Assembly (NCBI GenBank): GCA_951406725.2
Contig: OX597815.1
Location: forward strand, 89,342,001 to 89,406,000
DNA from: Octopus vulgaris
Taxonomy: Eukaryota
Direction of reading: 5' to 3'
Length of the DNA stretch: 64,000 nucleotides
How positions within the stretch are numbered: position 1 is the stretch's first letter; each line of letters begins with the position of its first letter. A model generated the notes under the pieces. It saw only the letters and a list, made by a program, of their open reading frames with translations. It had not been told where the DNA came from and made no database searches. Made by a program: the position numbers and the translations under genes. This document shows positions 14,703 to 27,134 of this stretch, one piece after another.

Positions 14703-14930
14703 GAGGATCGTGTTATAGCAGATACGCTGTTACACTCATGGACTTTAAGTTGTGGTTTCGATTCCTGGACCGAAGGATTTGTTATATTCTTGAGCAAAAC
14801 ATGCCATTTTACGTTGCTGAAGTCTACTTTGATGGAAAGAATTAGTAATTCTGCGGCCCAATTAAGGAGCGAATATATACTCCGCAGAATTCTGGAAACT
14901 CGTCTTAGGAGCCTAACTACTCAATAAGGA
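14703..14930 (+). mobile_element. old tRNA-derived SINE
   Basis: B-box-like ggtttcgattcc followed by ttcttgagcaaaaca, similar to 49525-49815. Confidence 0.5.
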
Positions 14931-15475
14931 CCTTTGATATTTTTCGCTATATGAATATATACATTTATGTGTGTATATGTGTTTATATGTGCCAGCAAGT
15001 ATTTATATGTCGTACATCTCTGTCTGTAAGTCGGTCGAAAAATGGCTGTATTTGCTTGTATAAGTTAACTTCCTTATCCCCAGCCACATAATGGTCTGGA
15101 AAATAGATTTCTACAGAATAAATAATAGAATTAATAAAATAATTGTATTAGTCTATATGAAAGTCTAATAAAATCTGCAAAATGGTGCGACAGAATGTCC
15201 ACAGCCCACTCAAGACAAGTATTGATATGAAAACCAAATTATGTTACATATAATATAGATACAATCGAGTCTCCTGCGAGTCAACAAGGGATCCCTCCAC
15301 GACAATGCTAGCTACTTTTGATTTAGTCATGTTTGGCTTAATGAGTAGTTGGTGAATTACCCCTCGTTTGGATAATTATTACTAAAACACGTAGCCTGGA
15401 TTTTATATACTCCATTCTCTAACTGTGGGTATACTTTTATATATGCATATTTGTGTATCTGTGCATCTGTGTATA

Positions 15476-15527
<52 letters not shown>

Positions 15528-15737
15528 GACTTTACATTCTGAGTTCAATTTCCGCCGAGGTAGATTTTTGCCTTTCATTCTGTGGGGTTTATTATATAAA
15601 ACCAGTTGAGCACATAGGTCATGTAATCGACTAGATCCACTCCCCTAAAAAAATTTCAGAACCTTGTGCCTGTAGTAGACAGGATTATAATTCTCGGTCT
15701 TATTCTTAAGAGTATAATTTTAATTTATGGCACTGGG

Positions 15738-15952
15738 AAGGCGGCGAGCTGGCAGTAGCGTTAGCTAGCCGGGCGAAATGCTTACCGGTATTTCGTCTGT
15801 CTTTACGTTCTGAGGTTAAAGTCCACCGAGATCGACTTTGCCTTTCATCCTTTCCGGGTCGATAACTTGAGTACCAGTTGAGTACTGGGATCGATCTAAT
15901 CGACTGGCCCCTTCCCCCCAAATTTCGCGCCTTGTATCTAGAGTAGAAAAGA
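15738..15952 (+). mobile_element. tRNA-derived SINE (family B); partial copy also at 15525-15690
   Basis: ggcggcgagctggcag..gttagc A-box-like head; body ccgaggtcgactttgcctttcatcc...gtaccagt...ccttgt.cc..gagtagaaa recurs in reverse at 23163-23830. Confidence 0.8.
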
Positions 15953-16102
15953 ACTTATGACGCTTGGGCATCATCAGTTCAAGGTCAGATAACCAGAGAC
16001 TTATATATGGATATTCTTCTTCTTCTTCTTCTTCTTCTTCTTCTTCTTCTTCTTCTTCTTCTTCTTCTTCTTCTTCTTCTTCTTCTTCTTCTCCTTCTTT
16101 CG

Positions 16103-16135
<33 letters not shown>

Positions 16136-16671
16136 TACATATATATATATACATAGAAAGACAGAGAGAGAGTGAGAGAGAGAAATAGATTGAGTGAAAG
16201 TGAGAGTGAGTGAGCAAGACGTCTTTTTAACGGAGTATGCTTGGAGTACAAATCGTAATAGAGGCAAAGAGGAAAGCGAATAAAAGAAAAATTAAAGCTA
16301 TTTATTCAAGCTGCTCATTTGCTTAAGTTCAAATTACATTGTGTTCCATGATAATTTTTCTTATCTCCAATATCAATGAATTCCATTATAGTGAATTATA
16401 GTGAAAGATTCAATCTGTCCATAGACAATTCATTAGATTCAAGGAAATGTCATATAATTTCTCTAGCATTACTTTCATTTAAAATAATGCTCTACTTTTG
16501 CCTTTATTATTTGAATTTAATTCAGATTGTTTAATAATTAATTCAACTACATGCTTACATAAATAAATGCATATAAATTATAAATGCTGTTTATATTCTT
16601 GTTTATATTTTGCCTGTTTCTATGAAACTCACACATACAAGGAAGCACAACTCCATATATATATATATGAG

Positions 16672-16702
<31 letters not shown>

Positions 16703-16806
16703 TTAAACATAAGTAATATTAGGGAAATAACAATTATAGAAATTATTATTACCAGTGGCCTAGCACAAAAAATGAATATATATCTATATCTATCTATCTA
16801 TCTATA

Positions 16807-16909
<103 letters not shown>

Positions 16910-16924
16910 ATATATATATATATA

Positions 16925-17222
<298 letters not shown>

Positions 17223-17261
17223 TATATGTATATATATACATATATATATGTATATATATGA

Positions 17262-17297
<36 letters not shown>

Positions 17298-17899
17298 GTT
17301 GAGTCGGCAAGAAATTCATTTCGATGTTTGCAAATAGATAGTGTTAGGATTTTTTAAATGTCTTTTGTGAAGAAATAATTTATATATCTTTATATATAAA
17401 TTATTCTTGCGTGTAGAATTAAGTCCTACTCATGTCGGTCACGAGAACACATTCATAAATTAACACCGTCAAAACACTAACCACTCCTCTTGTTTCCAAA
17501 TTCTTCATAGTCTACAGACTCCTATTTAATGTACCTACTGGGACCAAGTTCTTATTTGTTATGTAGTGTATCCAATGCAAATATTGGTGTCAAAGTGAAG
17601 TCTTTATCCACCCTGCATCAAGTATACTAAAAATATGATTAAAATAGCTGACGATTACATTTATCAAACAAATGAAGTGAACTGCCCAATGGAAGCTTAA
17701 TTACCAAAAGCCCATTTGACTCTTTTGATTCTTTCTTCTCTCTATCTGAAGACCAAACGAGGTGGACGTGTCCTACACTCACAACATTTTAGTAACGTTT
17801 AGTTGAGTCAAACTTAGAAAATATGTGTTTACTTGTGCGTTTATGTGTGTTCTGTATATGTGTAGCCGTGTGAGTGTGACTGGCAAATAAATAGCAATA

Positions 17900-18185
17900 T
17901 ACAGGGTGGAGCAGAGAAGACGGACGTTTTTGAAATGGCTATTACTCAGCGCCAGGGGAGAGACTTATGTCGTACATGTACCATTCAGTCCGTGGTATGG
18001 CGCTTTGGGCGATAGAGCATTGCATGATTGCCTAGACAGTTACCTGAAGAATAACCAGTCTGTCACAGCAGTTCAGCGTACGTTTCGGCGCCACTTCACC
18101 ATTCACCGAAATCAGGTTGTTGCCACCCGTAACATAATCTTACGTTGGGTGAATGCACTTCGTACACGAGGTACACTAATTTCAA
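17900..18185 (+). pseudogene. Tc1/mariner 5' remnant (DUF4817-like HTH)
   Basis: Starts TACAGGGTG; YLKNNQSVTAVQRTFRRHF.....TRNIILRWVNALRTRGTL. Confidence 0.7.
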
Positions 18186-19902
18186 GAATTCTCTGAGTAA
18201 GTAATTAAGCGTCGAAGAACAGCAGAACAACTGGTTTCGTTTCTGCTAATGGTAGCTAAATAACAGTGTTTATGATTTTCGCAGTTAAATTCTTTTATTA
18301 TATTTTACTTTTAATTATATTTGAAATAGTTTATGTTAGTTTTGAAAGTGATTTTCTAACAAATTTAGAATTTAGTATGAACTGTACACTTGGGATCGTC
18401 TATCATGTATGTATTCAGTTTCCTGCAACGACTTTCTTATTTCTATTGCTATAGTATCCTAGTAGTAGCTTTCGGCATGCTGCAGTGTTAAGTTTGTAAA
18501 GCAATATAAATTTCAGTAACTTTCTGCTCGTGTGATTTACGTTTCTGGAACAGTTACAAGATATAGAAGCTTAAGTCAATTTTATTAACTGTAATTGTTT
18601 GAAGTGTCATTCTTCAGAAATAGTAAAATGCAGAACAGAAAATATTAGACTCTCGTGCTGAGTGTAAATATCTAATGTTTCAGGAATAACTATTCATTAG
18701 ATGCAAATATTATACAATCGCTTTTCTTTCTTGTGAATCTTGTTGAATCAACGAACCCGAAAGTTTGTGATTATATTTCTTTCTTAGAGAAGACTTTGTT
18801 GAGAATAGGCAACCGTACATGATAATACTTCGAAGAGGCATCAGTCATCGAGAATCTTTTTTTTATATCAATCGTATTCGTAAATTTCTAAAGACTGCAA
18901 TAGATAATGATACTTTATTTAACACATTTTAGATGGTGTATGTGTATGTGTGTATGCATTTTTTTCAGTAATTTGAGGTATCAAATACACCTGAATACAC
19001 AAATAAAGCTTTCATACTTAAATTAAATACATACTAATTATCTTTCAAATTTGTGTGTTTCAAATTTCAGAATAAGAATATTTGAATATATTGAATCGTC
19101 ATACATAGACATGCACTCCAACACAAACATATAAAAAGAAAGAAAAACTATTATCTATGTTAGAAATTACTATTAGAATGTCGTCCACCTACAGAGAAAA
19201 GGAGTAACATTCTTGTATTTAGCATTTGTTTATAACATTTGTTTATTTATAACATATGCTTTCTTACGAAGTGGAGTATGAATATGTTTTTCCCTTGTTA
19301 TCAACGGATCCTTAGCTTTCATAAACAGAGAGGAAGGATCTTTATTGCCCGAGTCTTTATGGCTGTTTTATTGATAATATTTCATACAATGTTTAATTTC
19401 ATCTGGATTTGCTTCTACATCACAACCTTTTTGTATGTATAAGTCGAGTAATTGCTTCGAAAGTATTTTATGTGAACTGTGGCTAGTGGTACATGCTGAG
19501 CAAACTTTTCATATTTTGTTTCCTGATCTCTGGATAATTTGGTATTATGTGAGTGTTTGACACGTTTGCAGTTGGTTTTATTGATACCAACGACACTTTA
19601 TTTTTTAACGCTCAGATAGTTTTACATTATCAATTCGGAATGAGCAAAGGATGATATCTAGTTGCGTCCCTATAGTATATTTCGGCGGAAGGAAGGAAAC
19701 GATAAAAAGGAACGGAGGGGTAGAGCGGTGCTCTGAGTTAATACATGAATGGTGCATGTTGACCGTCAAAAAGTAAGAAAAAATCATTCATTTTTTCCTA
19801 CAGCAAAAATTAACAAATCACACGCACAGGTATACACACACACATATACGCCCTCGGATATACATACATACTCACACACTCTCACACACACAAACACGTA
19901 AC

Positions 19903-19934
<32 letters not shown>

Positions 19935-19990
19935 CTAATATATACATGCATACATACACACACATATATATATATATATAATTATATTTT

Positions 19991-20347
19991 TACTCTTTTA
20001 CTTGTTTCAGTCATTTGACTGCAGCCATGCTGGAGTACCGCCTTTAGTCGAATAAATCGATCCCAGAGCTTATTCATTGTAAGCCTAGTAATTATTCTAT
20101 CGGTGATTTTTGCGGAACCGTTAGGTTAGGGGGATCTAAACACACTAACAATGACTATCAAGCGATTGTGTCGGGGAGGGGGGGGGCAAACACAAGCACA
20201 TACATATATATGAGGACCTTCTTTGAGCTTCCGTCTACTAAATCCACTCACAAGGCTTTGGTTGGCCAAGAAACTTACTCAAGGTGCCATGCGGTGGGAC
20301 GGAACCATGCGGTTGGGAAGTAATCTTCTTACCACACTCGTACGCCT
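19991..20347 (-). mobile_element. SINE family A, near full length
   Basis: 3' tail cttgtttcagtcatttgactgc.gccatgctggag through to the tRNA-like head; homologous to 29663-30088 and 30261-30648. Confidence 0.85.
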
Positions 20348-20427
20348 ATATATCTATATCTATATATTTATATTTATATATACACATATATAAATATATA
20401 TGTAGATATATATATGTGTGTGTATGC

Positions 20428-20479
<52 letters not shown>

Positions 20480-20526
20480 TATTGAATTTCTAAATGTCTC
20501 AGAGAGACATAAGCGGTGGTGGAGCG

Positions 20527-20846
20527 ATATAGTGGTCGTATACTGTCAACTCAATGTGACAGTCCCGTAAGGGAATTACACCACCGCCATTTAGCCCTGA
20601 GATGACTGCAAGCTCTTCGCAAGCGAGCTGGACTAGCTACCCTGAACTGACGACGAGCAATAGACTCAGAAACATATGTCTTCAGGTGCTTACTCCCGGC
20701 TGGCGGGGGTGATTGCCTGCCCTTTGCAAATATAAGAACACAGAAAATGTGTCAAAGCCGACAGAAGACGTCGATGTTTCCTAGGGCTAAATGGCGGTGG
20801 TGTAATTCCCTTACGGGATTGTCACATTGAGTTGACAGTATACGAC

Positions 20847-20854
<8 letters not shown>
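20527..20854 (+). mobile_element. fold-back HHR element with ~72-bp inverted repeats (20527-20598 / 20783-20854), set in (TA)n
   Basis: atatagtggtcgtatactgtcaactcaatgtgaca.tcccgtaagggaattacaccaccgccatttagccct and its reverse complement; HHR in the spacer. Confidence 0.8.
20641..20686 (+). ncRNA. minimal type-I hammerhead ribozyme
   Basis: CCTGAA-CTGACGA-cGAG-caataga-CTCa-GAA-ACATATGT-C-TTCAGG. 6-bp stem I, palindromic stem III, GUC cleavage triplet. Confidence 0.8.
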
Positions 20855-20907
<53 letters not shown>

Positions 20908-20953
20908 TACATACATATAAACATATAAATATATATGTATATATATACGTGTG

Positions 20954-20988
<35 letters not shown>

Positions 20989-23162
20989 CGGCGTAAAGAG
21001 AGAAAGAGAGGGAAAAAAGAAGTTTAACACAGATTTTGCTAGTAAACAGGACATCAAATAAACTATCATGACTTACCCGAGAGGAAATCCACTGTAGAGC
21101 GCAAAATTAGAACTTTCAACGATCGCACTGCCTGTGAATGCCTAGAATGTTTTTCGTACCAGGCACTACACCTCAGTCTACGCTTGATCCAAGACAGTAG
21201 TTCTGTTACAGATATGAGACTGAGAGAATGATACTGTATGACACCATTACGTAGCCATTCACTCAAACACAGAGCAGATGTCGGTGCAGAAAGCAGCAAT
21301 CCAAACTAGTCTGGCATACAATAATTCGTTCAGATAGTTTTACATTATTAGTTATTAATGCGTGTGGGGTAGACCATCCAAACTAAACAATTTGCTCGTC
21401 GAACAACCATCATTGCTTTCTGCATTTCCATCTATTATCAGTTTTTCGCAACACTCCACCTCTCTTGTTGAGATTCAAAGTAGACACTTAAAGCGATCCT
21501 GCATTTTGGCCTGCCACTCATCGCGAGTATTGAGCAAAATGTTGCTATAAAGACGCAAATATTCATTTTGGATCGAGTGATATGTGTCCACTTAAAGACA
21601 TCTCTCATATTTGTTCTATCTACTAGTATTTTTTGAATGACATGTTTTGTTCTTAACCGTCATATTCGGTACACATATCTGAGTGGTGTGAGTCAAGGAG
21701 GAGCATGTCTTTGGAAAGTTATTGTTCTGACATTGATGCAGTTGTTGTTTTGGGGCTTTTTAGTTGCTGTTCTAGCTCTTTTCTGGGATATGATGGCACT
21801 TAATGGCGACGCATGGTGTTGTTTTTGTTGCTGCTCTTTCCAATGTAGTTGCTGCTATAACTGCTACTTTCAGTATTGTAACTACCGAGTCAATCACCGT
21901 TGCTAGTATTGAGATGGTTTGCTTCATCACACATGTGACGCTACAGCCTTCTACTCTTAATGGCTACATGGTTTTGAGCCAGCTGGCAAATTCTTTAGAT
22001 CCGAGATTAATGCCATGGAATGGTATTCTATTTGGATTAGTAGCTCCATCTCTTGGTCCGCTCAATTTTAATTCTGCAACATCTGAACCTGCGAAATATA
22101 GTTTATCCTCTCTATCGATGAGGATGGACCCTTCCAACCAGTAGTTATTTATATCGGGAATGCGTCGACTATCTTTATTTCTTTTAACTTACGGACAAGC
22201 TAAGTTCGAAGAGGATTAGTTCGGCCCCATTTAGATTTGTTGTGGAGTGGCTCCTGGCCTAATATTTGTAGGGCGCTTCCATCTACAGTGTTGTACTTTT
22301 GCATCCTGGTGACAAATGATTCAGTGCTCCAAAGGGTCTGAGGTACTTTTGTATTTGTTGCTTCATCTCTTCATCTATTTCCCTAATTTCTGTAGAAAAG
22401 TCTTGAGGCTGATTACTTGCCGGATGGATTTCAGTACGTTTAATGCAACATTTAATCTAGATGTGGTTTTTCATACTCTTTAAATATTCCCAACGATAGC
22501 ATAATTTCTGCTGTCTGGTGAATGGCGTCGACGAATACGCAAACGCTTCATTTTTTGTTTTGACGTTAATAGTGTCGGTGATGGAATGCGCAGGCGTGTT
22601 TTGTTCTACGTTCTCAGTTTTGTTGATGCTTTTGTTGTATTCGTTTCCCTGTTGTTGTCATTAGGCTTTGTTCTTGATATTTTCTAATCGTTAGTTTTGT
22701 TATTACTCCTGTTGCGGGGTGTTATGGTTGGCTCTGATGGTGTCGAAGGAGGTGATTTCTTTTAAGTGTGGGAAGATAGCGTTATAACAGCTCTTCTATT
22801 CTCTGATCTCACCTTTCTGATATTTTCACAAAAGATTTGACTCCAGGCTTTATTGTTAGTTGATTTAGGATGGGTAAGTAAACGTTATAAAATTAATGAG
22901 AAATTCCTTCCCGAAGCGACAAAATTTTTACACAACCAAAGAGCCCCAGAGAGTACTATTTGGTTTCACTTAAGAAAAGATAGTGCAATAAAAGCTAAAA
23001 TAGCTATCTGCAAAAAAGAAACAAAAAGCAAACAAAAAGTAGCAACAAAATCTTTCTCTTGCAAAATCATGAAGAAAAAAAGCAATACAGCACACTAGTA
23101 ATAGTAGTTATAACAACAACAACAACAATAATTATAGTAATAATGATAGTGATAACAATAAT

Positions 23163-23990
23163 AATCCTTCCTACTCAAGGCACAAGACCTGAAATTTAGT
23201 GGGAGGCTCTAGTCAATTACACCGAACCCAATGTTCCACTGGTACCCAATTTATCAACCACGAAAGGATGAAAGGCAAAGTCGACCTCGGTGGGACTTAA
23301 ACTAAGAACGGAGTATCGGATTAAATACAGCAAAGCATTTCGTCCAACGTACCAACGATTCTTCCAGCTCGACACCTTCAGTGATAAGAATAATAATGGT
23401 CTCAAATTTCGTCTCGCCTCTAGAGTATCAATTTTGGGGGCGGGGATGAGTTAATTGCATCGACACCAGTTTTTAACTGGTACTTAATTCATCGACTATG
23501 CCAGGAGGAAAAGCACAGTCGACCTCTGCGGAATTTGAACTTAAAACGTAGTGACGGGCGAAATACCGCTAAGCATTTCGTTCAGCATGCTAACGATTCT
23601 GACAGTTCGTCACCTTCAGTGATAATAATGATAATCCTTTCAACTGAAAGCACAAGGCCCGAAATTTTGTGGGTGAGGACTAGACGATTACATCGACCCC
23701 AGTGTTTCGACCTCGAAAGGATGAAAGGCAAAGTCGACCTCGGAGAAATTTGTACTCAGAACGTAAGGACGGACGAAATGCCGGTAAGCATTTTGCCCGG
23801 CGTGGTAACGATTCTACCAGCTCGCCATCTTACTGTGATAATACTAACAAAATTTGTTTGTAACATAGGAACAAGGGGCACCAATTTTAGTAGAGAAGCA
23901 AATAGTTGATGATATTAACCTCAGTGCTTGACTGATATGTTAAATATCTTTGGAAGATGAAGTGTAAAGTTAATCCCACCGACGTCAACA
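23163..23990 (-). mobile_element. head-to-tail cluster of 3-4 family-B SINEs separated by taa-rich spacers
   Basis: Repeated gcacaag.cc.gaaatttt...gaaaggatgaaaggcaaagtcgacctc...gaaat.c.gctaagcattt units at ~23163-23372, 23400-23615, 23633-23828 and a degenerate one at 23860-23990. Confidence 0.75.
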
Positions 23991-25421
23991 CATTTTCTTT
24001 CATTCTTCGAGGTCGATAAAATAATTACTATGTTTGATATAATGGAGTAAAAAGAAAACAACCTACACCCAGAAATATTTGATGACGTGTGTCTATATAA
24101 GAGATTATTATTAACATTAGTTTTAAAAACTTGATATTACGATATTCTTCCGGTTGAGAACTCTGTTTTTCTTTTTTATTCTGCAAATATTTAATGAAAC
24201 GAAAGTTTTTATTTTCTCAATGGCATTTAAAAGCATTCTGATGTAAAACACAATAAGGATCATTTTATGCCAATTTAATTTTTCGAATCCAACAATAGTA
24301 TTTGTTGAGTCGTTTGTACTTCTCTTTTAATGAAAGCAATCTCCATTTAGCATTAACTGAAATTGAGATAACTTGCTTAGTTGGCGTTTTCCCAAATCTG
24401 TAAATTCCATGGCAGATATTTGAATGGTGAATTAAAAAAGGTTAAGATAGTCTTAGAAGGCTTCGAAATATGGGCAATAAAATAAATGAACGTTTTTAAT
24501 GAGCTTTGAAACATATTCAATATATCGGAAAAAATGATTCAAAGCAGATACGATGTTAACTGCCTAAAAATGCTCATACAATTAACGCTTTGTGTGTGAA
24601 TGGGGAATATGTTTTATACAGTATATACATACATACATGTATATATACATACACGCACACACACAAATATATATGTGTATCTATTTATGTATGTATGAAT
24701 ATATGTGTGTGATTGTGTATATATTTATTTATTTATATTTATTTATATACATGAGACATATTTGATAGATTATAGATTAAACACACTTTATGGAAGATAT
24801 TTATTAAAGTTATTCGATTCAGGCGTTCCCTTACTGATATTTTTGTTGATTTATACGATACTATTCATCCAAATCTTCTTTGAAATGTTTTTCCTCAAAG
24901 GTATATTACAAGCTTGTGTATGTGTGCTAAAATTTTAATTACTGTTTGAAGCTATCTAATTTGTATGGATTAATATTAAAAAAAAAGAAAGCATATATTT
25001 TGATGACATTTAGTGATATTTAATATATTTGGGATTGCGATCATCTTAAAAATGCGTTACTACTGAAAAGCCTTTTTTCGTTTTCACCTCAATGTATATG
25101 TATACATACGATGTTCATATACTGCCCCTTCACACATGTGTTATGTGTGTGTGTGTGTGCATCCACAAGAGAAATTGTTTTTATATATGAATGTATGTGT
25201 GTGTGTTTGAGTGTGCCTCAGTTTGTGTGTTTGTGAACTTGATTGTAGGTTGTTTTATGATAACATCATTAACAAACCGATATTTTCAATTTACCAACAA
25301 GCGGGCACTTTAATTATCTACAGACATCACATCACACTTTATACCTATCACACAGACACACACAAACATTTATATGATACGTATACGTGTATAAAAGAAA
25401 ACGGAAACAAACAAAAAATCT

Positions 25422-26660
25422 GGCTCTCCGTCGATTACGGCGGTGAATCTTCCGGTTGCTCCGATCAACCACACAGCCTGCTCGTGAAATTAACATGCAA
25501 GTGTCTGAACTCCACAAACAGGTATACTCTTAATACGAGGTCTGATCAATAACTATCCAGACTGTTGCCATAGTAACAATGTCAAAGCTCGCAGAGTGAA
25601 GCCGCTCGGCACAAATTGACCTTAACTTCCGTTGTGCATATGCACTAAGTGTTTAACGTTCCAGCTTACTTCTGCTGTTTACAGCAGTGCTTCGAAGGAA
25701 GGTATGTAGCGTGTCATCGTCGCATTAACCATGACAGAGAATATTGTCAAAGCTATACCTGCTCAGAGGCCCACGCAAAGTTGCTGAAAGTGTATGGTGA
25801 GGAGTGTATGAGCCGCAAAAAAGTGTATGAATGGTTCAGATGTTTCTAAGATGGCCGACGAAATGTCGATAGTGACGAACGTTCTGGGAGACCTGCAACG
25901 AGCAGAACTGAGAAAAAATATCGCATAGGTGCGTGCAGCTGTGAGGGAAAATCGCCGAATCACCATGCGTGAGTCATCAGATAATGAGCAAATTAGTTAC
26001 GGTTCAGTTCAGTCAATTATCACTGAAGATTTGGGTATGAGACACGTATTCGTCTAGTTTGTGTCAAGACTGCTTTTAGCTGACCAAAAAGACACTCGGG
26101 TTTCAGTTGCACAATATCTCCTTGATGAGGTCGAGAACGATGAAAACTTTTGAAAACTCTGCGTACGCCCCTGAGTAGGTATTGCACACCTTTTGAAAAA
26201 AATTGATGCAGATTCTCTGCTCAACTTTCCGTGTCATGGTCAATACGACGAACATACTCCACAAACGTTACCTCCAAGCACTGTAAAAAACAGAAGTGAG
26301 CTAGAACGTTAAAAACTAGTGCGCATACACTGCAGAGGCCAGTTCAATCTGTGCTTGCCGAGCAACTACACTCTGCGTGCTTTAGTTTCGATACCATGGC
26401 AACAGACCGAATACTTATTGATCAGACTATGTACAGTTCTTAGGAAGTTTCGGTGTTACTCAGAATGTGAAACGGCTGGCCCTTTCAATTACAGGTACAA
26501 CTAATTTTTGCCAGCTGAGTAGACGTGAAATAAAGCGACGTGAAATAAAGCAACGTGAAATAAAGCGACTTACTCAAGGACACAACGCGTCGCTGAGTAA
26601 CGAACTCATGACCTTACGAGCATGAGCCGAATAGCCTGACTACTAAGCCACAAGCATTCA
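25422..26660 (-). mobile_element. tRNA-derived SINE (family C) split by a mariner insertion (25422-25533 plus 26434-26660)
   Basis: The two halves read as one continuous SINE across the mariner; tRNA-like head at ~26600-26655; internal triplication of acgtgaaataaagc at ~26523-26567. Confidence 0.65.
25534..26433 (+). mobile_element. internally deleted mariner element with long (~140 bp) TIRs and TA target
   Basis: TACGAGGTCTGATCAATAA... / ...TTATTGATCAGACTATGTA; HTH remnant SEAHAKLLKVYGEECMSRKKVYEWFRCF..GR.NVDSDERSGRP. Confidence 0.88.
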
Positions 26661-26971
26661 CTATACATGTATTTCTGCATAATTAGACGTATAGATATGC
26701 ACACATACATATAGTCATGTATATATATGTATGTATATATCCATCTATCAATCTCTCTTTCTCTGTCTGTCTGTCTGTTTGTCTCTCTCTCTCTTTCCCT
26801 CTCTCTATGTATATATATTCTGATGAATAAACGAATATAAATGGCTTCCCTGATAATTTTTCCACACTTATAATCATCTAATTATTAAAGTAACAAATTA
26901 TCGGAAAAGCCATTCCAATTCATTTTTTTCAAATATAGAATACTGTACTTACGACTTTATATTTCTGATTC

Positions 26972-27024
<53 letters not shown>

Positions 27025-27046
27025 GGTGTGTGTGTGTGCGTGTACC

Positions 27047-27134
<88 letters not shown>

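Noticed and set aside
21060-22850. Possible degenerate LINE ORF1-like or other coding remnant on the minus strand
   Set aside because: Compositionally element-like, but I could not identify diagnostic motifs.
26817-26942. CTGATGA followed by an imperfect inverted repeat (26840-26914)
   Set aside because: No correctly placed GAAA or stem III.
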